In this document: positions 9,298-18,184 of the stretch, piece by piece
Position numbering within the stretch: position 1 is the stretch's first letter
How the letters are laid out: each line of letters opens with the position of its first letter
Source of the DNA: Candidatus Aenigmatarchaeota archaeon
Lineage (GTDB): Archaea > Aenigmatarchaeota > Aenigmatarchaeia > QMZP01 > QMZT01
Assembly: GCA_963726265.1 (NCBI GenBank)
Contig: CAVSBQ010000002.1
Span: 32,001-96,000, forward strand
Reading direction: 5' to 3'
DNA length: 64,000 nt
The notes under the pieces: model-generated
The model's input: the letters and a program-made list of their open reading frames with translations, nothing else
Databases searched by the model: none
What the model was told of the DNA's origin: nothing
Translations under genes and position numbers: made by a program

Positions 9298-9789
9298 TCA
9301 CTTTCTTCCTTTCAGGATTTTCCCGCTCCTGTTGATTTCATTCGCACTTATGCGCGTCGACGAGATGGGCGCCCTGTCGGAGGCCAGGATCATGCCGATT
9401 TGCACTATTTCCAGCGGCTTCATGCCGTAGTCCTCGCGGATGAGGTTTATGCCTCTCGCGCCTGCTATGGTATCGCCGCTGACGATTATCGCCTCTATGC
9501 CCTTCTTCGGGTCGAGCACCTCGGGCGAGAAAAAATTCTCCAGCGGCGAAATGCGGTAGCGTTTTTTATCTGCTTTTATGGAAGCCATGAATTTCACAAG
9601 ACTCGCTTTCCTTTTCTCGAATTCGCTCACCCCGCGCTTGCCCCTGCGCATGGCGTACTCATCGCTCGACAGGCCGATGTAGCAGAACTGCGCGACCTCA
9701 AACGCCTTTCTGATCAGCGCCTCGTGGCCCTTGTGCAAAGGGACGTCGAAAGTCCCGCCGAAGCAGGCGGCCTTGTATTTCTTCTTCAT
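9298..9789 (-). CDS. coaD: Archaeal-type phosphopantetheine adenylyltransferase
   Basis: GGTFDVPLHKGH, GLSSDEY, AIIVS, INLIR..GMKPL and PISSTRI..NEI. Confidence 0.85.
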   Translation of the reverse strand: MKKKYKAACFGGTFDVPLHKGHEALIRKAFEVAQFCYIGLSSDEYAMRRGKRGVSEFEKRKASLVKFMASIKADKKRYRISPLENFFSPEVLDPKKGIEAIIVSGDTIAGARGINLIREDYGMKPLEIVQIGMILASDRAPISSTRISANEINRSGKILKGRK

Positions 9790-9846
9790 GACACAGACTT
9801 CCCTTCCTGCTTTAAAAAATTAATTAGCGGATGAAGCCAATTATTA

Positions 9847-10464
9847 ATGGATATAATGGTGCACGAGATACTGATTGTCACGATTTCGCTCTTCGCGATT
9901 GTCGACCCGATAGCGGCGATTCCCGTTTTCGTGTCGTTCTTCGGCGGCTTCGACGCGAAGAGGAGGAAGAAAGCGGCCACAGAGGCGGTGGTCGCGGCCT
10001 TCGTGCTCCTAGTCGTTTTCGCTGCGGGAGGCATGGCCCTGCTTTCATACCTCAACATCTCGATTTCCGCGTTCATGATAGCCGGCGGCCTTCTTCTCCT
10101 GTTCCTGTCCTTCGAGTTCCTGCTGGGAGAGCTGCCCAAGTCGAGGAGGGTGGAGAGCGACCCGAGCGACGCGATCGTCCCCATAGGCACGCCGCTCCTG
10201 ACAGGGCCGGGAGCGATAACTTCGGCGATATTCTTTACCCATTTGTATGGCTTCCTGGTCACTTTCATAGCGATAGTCATCGTCATGGTCGTTTCCTTCG
10301 TCGCGCTTTACGCCAGCAACAAGATAGCTGTGATTGTCGGCAAGAACGGCCTGAGGGTCATAACCAGGATAATGGGCCTGATAACCGCCGCGATAGCCAT
10401 CAGCCTGATAGAAAAGGCGCTTGTTGCCTACGGGGTTATCTCTGCAGTTGCGCCTGCCTTATAA
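9847..10464 (+). CDS. MarC family membrane protein
   Basis: LFAIVDPI, IAGGLLL, AIVPIGTPLLTGPGAIT and ITRIMGLI. Confidence 0.93.
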   Translation: MDIMVHEILIVTISLFAIVDPIAAIPVFVSFFGGFDAKRRKKAATEAVVAAFVLLVVFAAGGMALLSYLNISISAFMIAGGLLLLFLSFEFLLGELPKSRRVESDPSDAIVPIGTPLLTGPGAITSAIFFTHLYGFLVTFIAIVIVMVVSFVALYASNKIAVIVGKNGLRVITRIMGLITAAIAISLIEKALVAYGVISAVAPAL

Positions 10465-10647
10465 GGCTCTTATAACAGGGCCCTAGCGCCATTTATAAAC
10501 CCTGCCCTTTTTACGCTTTATAAATGATGTGGCGATATATAGCGTTTTTAGGCTCATATTTTGCTTTAAAAAGGCTTTCTGGCGCGAAACGGCCCGGATG
10601 GCTGGAAATCCCAGTGTTCACAGGATAATATTAATATCATATTCACA

Positions 10648-10671
10648 TATAGACATTTTAAAATGTATATA
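10648..10671. promoter_or_regulatory. Palindrome just upstream of the likely ftsZ BRE/TATA
   Basis: TATAgACATTTTAAAATGTaTATA has a perfect 14-bp core. AGAAAAGTATATAAG follows at 10681. Confidence 0.45.
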
Positions 10672-10770
10672 GTCACCAATAGAAAAGTATATAAGTATCT
10701 TCATATAAATTATAAATTGCCCGCGTGAATGTTCGATTAAAGAAAGATAAATGGGGATGGGTGATGGGGA

Positions 10771-11814
10771 ATGGAGATAGACAACACGACTGATTTCGAG
10801 GCGCACCAGGCCAAGATCATGGTTTTTGGCTGTGGTGGAGGCGGTTCCAATACGATATCGAGACTCACTAACATGGACATACAGGGAGCGGTCACGATAG
10901 CAGCCAACACCGACGCCAGGCACCTTGCGGTTACGAAAGCGCACAAAAAGATACTGCTGGGAAAGGACATTACAAGGGGCCTTGGGGCGGGCGGTTATCC
11001 CGAAGTGGGAAAAAGGGCCGCCGAGGAATCGAAGGACGAGATAAGAAGGACGCTTACGGGTTGCGATTTGCTGTTCGTTACATGCGGTCTTGGAGGCGGA
11101 ACAGGGACGGGCTCGGCACCGGTTGTGGCGAATATTGCGAAGGAACTGGGAGCGATAGTCATAGCCGCAGTCACACTGCCTTTCAAGATGGAAGGCGCGC
11201 GGGTCGGGAAGGCCGAGGACGGGCTTGTCAACCTCAGGGACGCTTGCGACACGGTAATCGTGATAGAGAACCAGAAGCTGGTCCAGCTGGCCGGAAGCAG
11301 GCCACTGGGAGAGGCTTTCGCAGTCGCGGACGGCCTCATAGCGACGATGATAAAGGGCGTTACGGAGACGATATCACAGCCCTCGCTGGTGAACCTGGAC
11401 TACGCGGACGTCAAGACCATAATGCATTCCGGCGGAGTCGCGACGATCGGCGTAGGAGTTTCGGACACGAAGAACCGCGCTTACGAGGTCGTCGAGCAGG
11501 CCATGAAGAATCCGCTGCTTGACGTGGACTACGAAGGCGCCACAGGCGCGCTGATACAGGTGATCGGCGGAGACGACATGACGCTTGATGAGATAAACGT
11601 CGTGGGAGAGAGCATATCCAAGAAGATGAACCCCGACGCGACGGTCATGTGGGGCGCGAGGATCCTGCCTGAATTCAAGGGCAAGCTGCAGGTAATAACG
11701 ATAATAACCGGAGTGAAGTCGCCTTACATAATGGGCAAGTGCCAGGAAGTCAAGCAGGCCAGGTCAGTTGCCGAGAACTTTTCGAAGGAGTTCGGCATCA
11801 GGGTTTACGCTTGA
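10771..11814 (+). CDS. ftsZ: Cell division protein FtsZ
   Basis: GCGGGGSN, ANTD, GLGAGG, the GLGGGTGTG tubulin signature and NLDYADV. Confidence 0.97.
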   Translation: MEIDNTTDFEAHQAKIMVFGCGGGGSNTISRLTNMDIQGAVTIAANTDARHLAVTKAHKKILLGKDITRGLGAGGYPEVGKRAAEESKDEIRRTLTGCDLLFVTCGLGGGTGTGSAPVVANIAKELGAIVIAAVTLPFKMEGARVGKAEDGLVNLRDACDTVIVIENQKLVQLAGSRPLGEAFAVADGLIATMIKGVTETISQPSLVNLDYADVKTIMHSGGVATIGVGVSDTKNRAYEVVEQAMKNPLLDVDYEGATGALIQVIGGDDMTLDEINVVGESISKKMNPDATVMWGARILPEFKGKLQVITIITGVKSPYIMGKCQEVKQARSVAENFSKEFGIRVYA

Positions 11815-11852
11815 AGCGCTCAGACACACCTAGGACATATCATTAGTTACAT

Positions 11853-11903
11853 GAAGGGAGGGGAGGCTGTAGGCCTCCCTTTCCCTTTCATTTTCTTCTT
11901 TTT
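11853..11903 (+). terminator. Hairpin plus T/C-rich tract after ftsZ
   Basis: gaagggag-gggaggc-tgtag-gcctccc-tttcccttt followed by T-rich sequence. Confidence 0.6.
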
Positions 11904-11913
11904 CCGCGTTTTT

Positions 11914-11935
11914 TGTTTAAACGCGCGTTTAAACA
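11914..11935. promoter_or_regulatory. 22-bp palindrome TGTTTAAACG-CG-CGTTTAAACA (copy 1)
   Basis: Perfect palindrome about 30 bp upstream of the OB-fold gene. The same arms recur at 19861. Confidence 0.65.
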
Positions 11936-11968
11936 TAACTTCTTAATTCCCTTCTGGGAATTTTATGC

Positions 11969-12355
11969 ATGAAGCCTCGCAGGCAATGGCTGCTGGCGAT
12001 AGCCGCGATAATGGCTGCGGACGTCATAGCGCTCGCCCTTTCCGGCAGCGCTGTTTCGGGCGAACAGAATCCCTTCACCATTTCGGGCGTCTTCAGCGGG
12101 GCGCTGCTCGGCGAGGACGTTTTCGTCAGGGGCTTCGTATCGGAAACGCCCTCAGAGCACGTATCGAAAAAAGGCTACAGCTACCAGCAGTTCTTCATCA
12201 CCGACGGCGAAGAGCAGCTGAAAATCTTCTGTTCGGAGAAATACGGCAAAACGGATGCGCAGGAAGGCGATGAAATCATCTTCGAAGGCACGTTCCAGAA
12301 ATACGCCGGTACGTTCGAGCTTTACGGCTTCTGCAGCGAAATCAAAGTTTTGTAG
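11969..12355 (+). CDS. Membrane-anchored or secreted OB-fold protein
   Basis: N-terminal hydrophobic helix, then GEDVFVRGFV...QFFITDG..QLKIF...EGDEIIFEGTFQKY.GTFEL. Confidence 0.75.
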   Translation: MKPRRQWLLAIAAIMAADVIALALSGSAVSGEQNPFTISGVFSGALLGEDVFVRGFVSETPSEHVSKKGYSYQQFFITDGEEQLKIFCSEKYGKTDAQEGDEIIFEGTFQKYAGTFELYGFCSEIKVL

Positions 12356-12416
12356 CAGGCGCTATGTAATTCGCCTCATCTTCAGCGCCTAGTTGACGTT
12401 TTCTCCTGACATCGCT

Positions 12417-13202
12417 TTACAACTGCGCAACCATGCCGTCTTCCTGCCAGTTTTCGCGATCCCATTTCCGGTTTTCGGCACGCTCCTCATGGTTGCATAA
12501 CTCCTTTATTTTACATTCCCTTCCCCTTTCGAGGCATTTTTGCATCCTCTCGAGGTCGTCCGTGAGCCCCTGCAGCTGTTCGGTTCTGTAGTCGCCTGCC
12601 CTGGGCTTTTTGCAGTCCAATGCCTTCAGTTTTTCGGCCAGCTCCCTGGTAAAGCCGTCGACCTGTAAGTCACTGTATCTGATGTCGATTTTTTCATCCA
12701 GCGTGAACAGCTCGTCCTCCATCAGCTCCTTCATTATCCCGTAATAGCCTCTTTTGATTGCGGTCAGGGCACTTGCGTATTCATTTTTGCATTCCTCCAT
12801 TTTCGCTGTCTCTGCCCTGTATTGCCTGGCCTTCTTCTCGATGCGGTCTACCATTTTGCCGAGCGATATCGCGCCCAGGACCGCGCATAGCCTGTTGAGC
12901 CACTGGATGTCGTCGCTGCCCGCTGTCAGGAGATAGCTGCCTCCCATGCACGCGGCGCCTGCTCCCCAGACGCCGGTCCATTCGTAGAGCTTGCTTATAG
13001 CTTTTTTTGTCGTCCTAGAAGCCGTCCCCGCATAGTCGCAGAGTTTGCTGATGTCAAGACCGTTTTCATACGCCGCGTTGTCGCCGACCACTGGATACCA
13101 GGTGTCGTTCCTGACGCCGCTGAGCCCGTATTTCTTACAGGTCTTGTCTTTCTCGTCTGTCGTCAACCAGGCGCCTCGCGGGACGCCTGATGATTCATAC
13201 AC
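12417..13202 (-). CDS. Hypothetical protein with two hydrophobic segments and a coiled coil
   Basis: 261-aa ORF with host-like codon usage. Start is uncertain. Confidence 0.65.
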   Translation of the reverse strand: MYESSGVPRGAWLTTDEKDKTCKKYGLSGVRNDTWYPVVGDNAAYENGLDISKLCDYAGTASRTTKKAISKLYEWTGVWGAGAACMGGSYLLTAGSDDIQWLNRLCAVLGAISLGKMVDRIEKKARQYRAETAKMEECKNEYASALTAIKRGYYGIMKELMEDELFTLDEKIDIRYSDLQVDGFTRELAEKLKALDCKKPRAGDYRTEQLQGLTDDLERMQKCLERGRECKIKELCNHEERAENRKWDRENWQEDGMVAQL

Positions 13203-13336
13203 TTGAACCTATCGTTGCAAGTTTTTTAAGCCTATCTGATGGCCGATGCATATCGGTTTTTTGGGCAATTTCCCAAAAATGAGTAGAAAAAACGGGCCCT
13301 TGTTTTGTTTTTTATGCGGCCGCGCAAATATTAAGC

Positions 13337-14305
13337 ATGTTCAGGATAATCGCGCTGGAAAACGGCAGGAAATTCATCCAAAATTTGCCCGTGTCCAGGC
13401 TCGGAAAATTCCTGAAGGGCCGGAAAAACCTCGCATGGGTGAACATAGAAAACCCTACGGAAAGCGAATACCAGATTCTCAGGGACGTCTTCAGGCTGCA
13501 CCCGCTCGAGATAGACGACTGCAGGAAGCGCCTGGAACTGCCCAAGATAGACGAGTTCACCGACCACATCTTCATCGTCTTCCACAGGCTTTCCTACGAC
13601 TTCCAGAGGCACAGGCTCATGCTCAAGGAGTTCGACATGTTCCTCGGCAGGAATTACCTGGTCACCTTCCCCAACGAGCCGTCCGAAACCATAAGGGAGC
13701 TGATGGGCAGATGCGCCAAGGACCACTCGCTCCTTTCGAAGGGCGCGGACTTCCTGCTCCATTCCATAATAGACAAGGTGGTGGACGACTACTTCCCGAT
13801 ACTCGACCACTGGGACGAGGAGATAGAGAAGCTCGAGAACGACGTGGTCGAGGGCAACATAAAGAAGACCATGAAGGAGATGCTCAAGATAAAGAGGGAC
13901 ATAAGGAACTTCAGGAAAAGCATGGGGCCGCAGAGGGACGTGCTCAACAAGCTGTCCCACCGCGACCTGCCTTTCATCTCGGAGAAGGCGAACGTCTACT
14001 TCCGCGACGTGTATGACCACGTGATGCGCGCCTACGCCGTGGCCGAGGACCAGCGCGACACGGTGACGACGATTTTCGAGGCGTATCTTTCCATGGTCTC
14101 CAACAAGCTGAACGAGATCATGAAGACACTGACCATCATCGCGACGATTTTCATCCCGCTGACTTTCATCGTCGGGATTTACGGCATGAACTTCCACTAC
14201 ATGCCCGAGCTCAACTGGCCCTACGGTTATTACCTGGTCTGGGCCGTAATGATAACCGCAATCATCATCATGCTCGCCTACTTCAGGAAGAAGGCATGGA
14301 TTTGA
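13337..14305 (+). CDS. corA: Mg2+/Co2+ transporter CorA
   Basis: LHPLEIDD, YFRDVYDH, and the YGMNF..MPEL signature between two C-terminal TMs. Confidence 0.97.
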   Translation: MFRIIALENGRKFIQNLPVSRLGKFLKGRKNLAWVNIENPTESEYQILRDVFRLHPLEIDDCRKRLELPKIDEFTDHIFIVFHRLSYDFQRHRLMLKEFDMFLGRNYLVTFPNEPSETIRELMGRCAKDHSLLSKGADFLLHSIIDKVVDDYFPILDHWDEEIEKLENDVVEGNIKKTMKEMLKIKRDIRNFRKSMGPQRDVLNKLSHRDLPFISEKANVYFRDVYDHVMRAYAVAEDQRDTVTTIFEAYLSMVSNKLNEIMKTLTIIATIFIPLTFIVGIYGMNFHYMPELNWPYGYYLVWAVMITAIIIMLAYFRKKAWI

Positions 14306-14314
14306 CCAGGGAAA

Positions 14315-14340
14315 GACGCATGCCTTGCATGCGTCGTTTT
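14315..14340 (+). terminator. Hairpin after corA
   Basis: GACGCATGC-CTT-GCATGCGTC followed by GTTTT. Confidence 0.6.
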
Positions 14341-14381
14341 GCCCTATTTAATTATTTTAATTCCGCTTACAAATTCTTACC

Positions 14382-15641
14382 ATGGACTTCGACAAGGACT
14401 TTGACATCGAGCTTTCCGACTTTAGCATGAAGAAGCGCGATGTCTCGTTTCGTTATTGGATATTCGAATACGGCGGAAGCGTCGAGGGGTGCGGCATAAA
14501 CGACGGCGTGGTTTACTTCGGCTCCTGCGATTATTTCATATACGCGGTTGACATTGAGACCGGAAAACTGACATGGAAATTCAGGACAGGCGATTGCGTT
14601 CCCAATTATGCACCCGCGTTTTACGGCAATAACATGTATCTCAGCTCATACGATAATTATCTTTATTGTCTGGACAAAAAAACCGGCGCCGAGATATGGA
14701 GGTTCAAGTCAGGCGACAAATGCTGGTCGCCGCCAACCTGTTACGACGGCATTATTTATTTCGGGTCGAAGGACAACTATGTTTATGCCGTTAATGCGGA
14801 GACCGGCAAGGAAGTCTGGAGATTCAAGACTGGTGACATGGCGATCACAACGCCGACAGCTTACAAAAACAAGCTCATCATCGGCAGTTACGACGGCTTT
14901 CTTTACATGCTTGACAGGAAAACCGGAAAAGAAACAGGCAGGTTCAAGACAGCCGGAAACATAGTCAATATGAAGGAATTTGCCATAGATAAGAACATAA
15001 TATACGTCGGCTCTTTCGACAGCAACATGTATGCCCTGAACTTGGACACGCTCAAAGAGATATGGAGATTCAAGGCCGGATATGGCATCACGTGCGTCCC
15101 GCTCGTTGAGAACAAAAAAATATATTTCGGTTGCCAGGATTACAATTTTTATTGCCTTGATGCGGAAACCGGCAAAGAATTGTGGAGGTTCAGGGCAGGC
15201 GACAGGATAGGTTCCTCGACGCCCGTGATTATAGAAGGAAAAATATATTTCGGTTCCAGAGATCACAATTTCTATTGCCTTGATTCTGAAACAGGAGAGG
15301 AAATCTGGCGCTTCAGGACCATGCACGAGGTCTGGTCTCCTGTGGCAGTTTACAATAAAAGCGTGATATTCGGTTCCCTCGATTGCCATCTTTACAGGCT
15401 TGACGCAAAAACAGGAAAGAAGATATGGGCCTTCCTGACCAGCACGAAGACAGTCTCCCAGTACAAGGTAGAGGAAGAGATTTCGGCAGAAATAATAGTC
15501 AAGAAAGAGGACTATGAAAAAACTGAAGAGGATAAATACGACCTTTCTTCCGGCGTCGCCTTGGACATGAAAAGCGAATACTCGTTCAAGAGCGAATACG
15601 CCTTCAAGTCGGAATACCACACGACGAGCGAGTACAGGTAG
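14382..15641 (+). CDS. PQQ-like (BamB-type) beta-propeller repeat protein with a SEY-repeat tail
   Basis: About eight YFGSxDxxxYxLDxxTGKEIWRFKxG blades, no signal peptide, and tail KSEYSF-KSEYAF-KSEYHT-TSEYR. Confidence 0.9.
   Translation: MDFDKDFDIELSDFSMKKRDVSFRYWIFEYGGSVEGCGINDGVVYFGSCDYFIYAVDIETGKLTWKFRTGDCVPNYAPAFYGNNMYLSSYDNYLYCLDKKTGAEIWRFKSGDKCWSPPTCYDGIIYFGSKDNYVYAVNAETGKEVWRFKTGDMAITTPTAYKNKLIIGSYDGFLYMLDRKTGKETGRFKTAGNIVNMKEFAIDKNIIYVGSFDSNMYALNLDTLKEIWRFKAGYGITCVPLVENKKIYFGCQDYNFYCLDAETGKELWRFRAGDRIGSSTPVIIEGKIYFGSRDHNFYCLDSETGEEIWRFRTMHEVWSPVAVYNKSVIFGSLDCHLYRLDAKTGKKIWAFLTSTKTVSQYKVEEEISAEIIVKKEDYEKTEEDKYDLSSGVALDMKSEYSFKSEYAFKSEYHTTSEYR
15570..15638 (+). repeat. 18-bp-period coding tandem repeat, (K/T)SEYxx x4
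   Basis: aaaagcgaatactcgttc / aagagcgaatacgccttc / aagtcggaataccacacg / acgagcgagtacagg. Confidence 0.85.
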
Positions 15642-15647
15642 CGGTTT

Positions 15648-16826
15648 CTAGACGCGTTTCATCGCCTTCAAGGCGATGTAGGTTACGAGCATCACCAGCG
15701 GGAAAACGTAGAGCGCGGTGAACGTGCCGAGCCCCAGCGTGATGAAAACGAGGGGAATCTGCGCGGCCGCGATGGTCGCGAGGTCGTTGTTCCAGCTCAG
15801 CGTGCCTATCACCTTGCCCTTCTCTTCGACTGCGAACGTCTCGCTTATCCTCGAGAATGTCCATATGTCTATGAGGCCGCCGGCCGTCCCTATGAGCATG
15901 GCGACGATGAAGTAGTGGGGCAATGCGCTTCCGAAGACCATGAGCGTCGCGGCCGCCAGGTGGAGCATTATGCAAAGCGGAAGCCAGTATTGCCTGACGC
16001 GTTTGTTCGATATCCTTCCCACAACGAGGTTGGTTCCCGAGAAAAGCACGCACTCGGCGATTACAACGAGGGACACGAAGCTGCCGGACAGGCCGAGGGT
16101 CTTGAGAGCATAGCGAGCGAAGAAGAACACGAACGCGGAAAACATCGCGAGATCCATGGTCTTGAACACTACGTATTTCCACGTCTTGCGAAGGAATCCG
16201 AAGGACGGCCTTGGGGATTCGCCGCTCCTCTTTTTGTTGGCGAACTTGTATATGAGCAGCACCCATACGAGCCCTGCCGCCAGTATCAGGTAGAAGGCGG
16301 AGGAAATTCCGAACCTGTCGATGAAAAAGCCGGGTATCAGGAAGCCTATTATCCAGCCGAGGCTTGACAGGCCGTTGAACATGCCGACTTTCCTGTCCGG
16401 CTCCTTACTGACGAACCTCAGCGAGTAGATGAATATCGTGACGAACATGAGGGCGCTTGCTATGCCGGAGATTATCTTGAAAACGGTTATGAGGAGTATG
16501 TCCGTCGTCTGGCCTATCATGAAAAGGCAGATGATGAACACCAGCCCGCCGACGAGGAGGAAGGCGCGCTCGCCATGCCTGTCGGTGAAATGCCCGAGGA
16601 CGGGTTTGGCTATGAACGAAAACACGTCGCCTATTGACAGGAGGAAGGCGAACATGACTATCGAGATGTCCAGCGAGGAGAAATACATCGTGGGTATGAG
16701 CATGGCGAAGGCCATGAACAGCGTCTGGAAGAAGCCGAACAGCGAGCCTGAAAACAAACGGGATTTCGTGTCATCGATTTTTGCATCGCAAGCTTTGCCG
16801 GATTTAATTTTTTCCAAGCCAAACAC
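15648..16826 (-). CDS. MFS transporter
   Basis: About 12 hydrophobic segments with a motif A-like GHFTDRHGER. Start is uncertain. Confidence 0.88.
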   Translation of the reverse strand: MFGLEKIKSGKACDAKIDDTKSRLFSGSLFGFFQTLFMAFAMLIPTMYFSSLDISIVMFAFLLSIGDVFSFIAKPVLGHFTDRHGERAFLLVGGLVFIICLFMIGQTTDILLITVFKIISGIASALMFVTIFIYSLRFVSKEPDRKVGMFNGLSSLGWIIGFLIPGFFIDRFGISSAFYLILAAGLVWVLLIYKFANKKRSGESPRPSFGFLRKTWKYVVFKTMDLAMFSAFVFFFARYALKTLGLSGSFVSLVVIAECVLFSGTNLVVGRISNKRVRQYWLPLCIMLHLAAATLMVFGSALPHYFIVAMLIGTAGGLIDIWTFSRISETFAVEEKGKVIGTLSWNNDLATIAAAQIPLVFITLGLGTFTALYVFPLVMLVTYIALKAMKRV

Positions 16827-16901
16827 CCGGATTTCGATTTTGTCTTTTTGTTTTATTTCATTTGTGATTCCGTATTTATTAACTTTTCCAAAATATTAAC
16901 C

Positions 16902-18179
16902 ATGTTCGAATTCGAAAAGGACTTCGAGATGGAAATAAGTCCTAGTATGGTTAAGAAGAAAACCAACAAGTTTGTTCTACTGTGGAAAATTCCGGGCAAT
17001 GAAATATCAGGCGCGATAAGCAGTTCGCCCCTGTTGTATAATAACTTTGTAGCATTCGGCTGCGGCGACCATTACCTCTACGCCTTGGACGTCAATAGTG
17101 GCAAACCCTCCTGGAAGTTCAGGGCCAGCCAGATATTCGTTGATGCTAAACCTGCCGAGAGCGACGGCGTAATATACATGGGCTCCTATGACGGGAACGT
17201 TTATGCAGTTGACGCTAAAACGGGGAAAGAGGTCTGGAGGTTCAAGACCGGTGATTCCATATACGGCTCGTGCCTTGCCGCTAAAGGAAAGGTATATTTT
17301 GGCTCAAAGGACTCGTATGTTTACGCAGTGGATGCAAAAAACGGCAAGGAGATATGGAGGTTCAAGACGGGCGCCGACGTGGGCTCCGCACCCACTCTTT
17401 ACAAAATGATGCTGTATGTGGGAAGCTTTGACGGAAACCTTTATGCGCTCAGGCCTGAAACAGGAGAAGAGATATGGAGGTTCAGGACGGGAGGGAACAT
17501 AGTCAATCCGCTGCCCTATTTTGCCGAAGATAACGTTTTGTATATGGGATGCACCGATGGAAATGTTTACGCGATCGATCTTGATGCAAGAAAGGAAATA
17601 TGGCGCTTCAGAACTGGCGGGTGGATTCTGGCCTCGCCCAGGCCCGTTGGGGATTTCATATATTTTGTATCGAGCGACGGGAACATGTATTGCTTAGATA
17701 AAAACGGAAAGCAGGTGTGGAGGTTCAGGACAGACGCCTACATGGACGGCTCGCCTGTGGTCTTGGTGGAAAACGGCGTCCTTTATTACGGTTCTTCAAA
17801 CGGGAACCTTTATGCCCTTGATGCGAAAACGGGCAAGGAAATCTGGAGGTTCAGGACCGATGGCGAGATAATATCTTCTCCTGCCATGCATGAAGGTAAA
17901 CTATATTTCGGCTCCATGGACTGTCATTTCTACTGCATCGACCTCGATGGCAAAGAGGTATGGCGCTTCAAGACGAGCTCCAGCGCAAGGTGGAAAGTGC
18001 CGCCTGCATCCGAGTGGTTTGAGTTCGAGGTCGAGATAAAGGAGGAGCCGGAAGAAACCAAGAGGGAATACGGCAAAGGCGTCAACGTATCGGAATCCGA
18101 ATTCATTGAAAGCGAATACGCGTTCAAGTCCGAATACGCCTTCAAAAGCGAATATCACTCAAAATCAGAATACAGATAA
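16902..18179 (+). CDS. PQQ-like beta-propeller repeat protein with a SEY-repeat tail (paralog)
   Basis: About eight YxGSxDGNxYAxDAKTGKEIWRFRTG blades. Start MFEFEKDFEME; tail ESEFI-ESEYAF-KSEYAF-KSEYHS-KSEYR. Confidence 0.9.
   Translation: MFEFEKDFEMEISPSMVKKKTNKFVLLWKIPGNEISGAISSSPLLYNNFVAFGCGDHYLYALDVNSGKPSWKFRASQIFVDAKPAESDGVIYMGSYDGNVYAVDAKTGKEVWRFKTGDSIYGSCLAAKGKVYFGSKDSYVYAVDAKNGKEIWRFKTGADVGSAPTLYKMMLYVGSFDGNLYALRPETGEEIWRFRTGGNIVNPLPYFAEDNVLYMGCTDGNVYAIDLDARKEIWRFRTGGWILASPRPVGDFIYFVSSDGNMYCLDKNGKQVWRFRTDAYMDGSPVVLVENGVLYYGSSNGNLYALDAKTGKEIWRFRTDGEIISSPAMHEGKLYFGSMDCHFYCIDLDGKEVWRFKTSSSARWKVPPASEWFEFEVEIKEEPEETKREYGKGVNVSESEFIESEYAFKSEYAFKSEYHSKSEYR
18093..18176 (+). repeat. Coding tandem repeat, (E/K)SE(Y/F) x5
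   Basis: gaatccgaattcatt / gaaagcgaatacgcgttc / aagtccgaatacgccttc / aaaagcgaatatcactca / aaatcagaatacaga. Confidence 0.85.
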
Positions 18180-18184
18180 ACTTT

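Noticed and set aside
14382..18179. Diversity-generating retroelement template/variable repeat pair
   Set aside because: There is no reverse transcriptase in the window, and differences between repeats are not adenine-specific.
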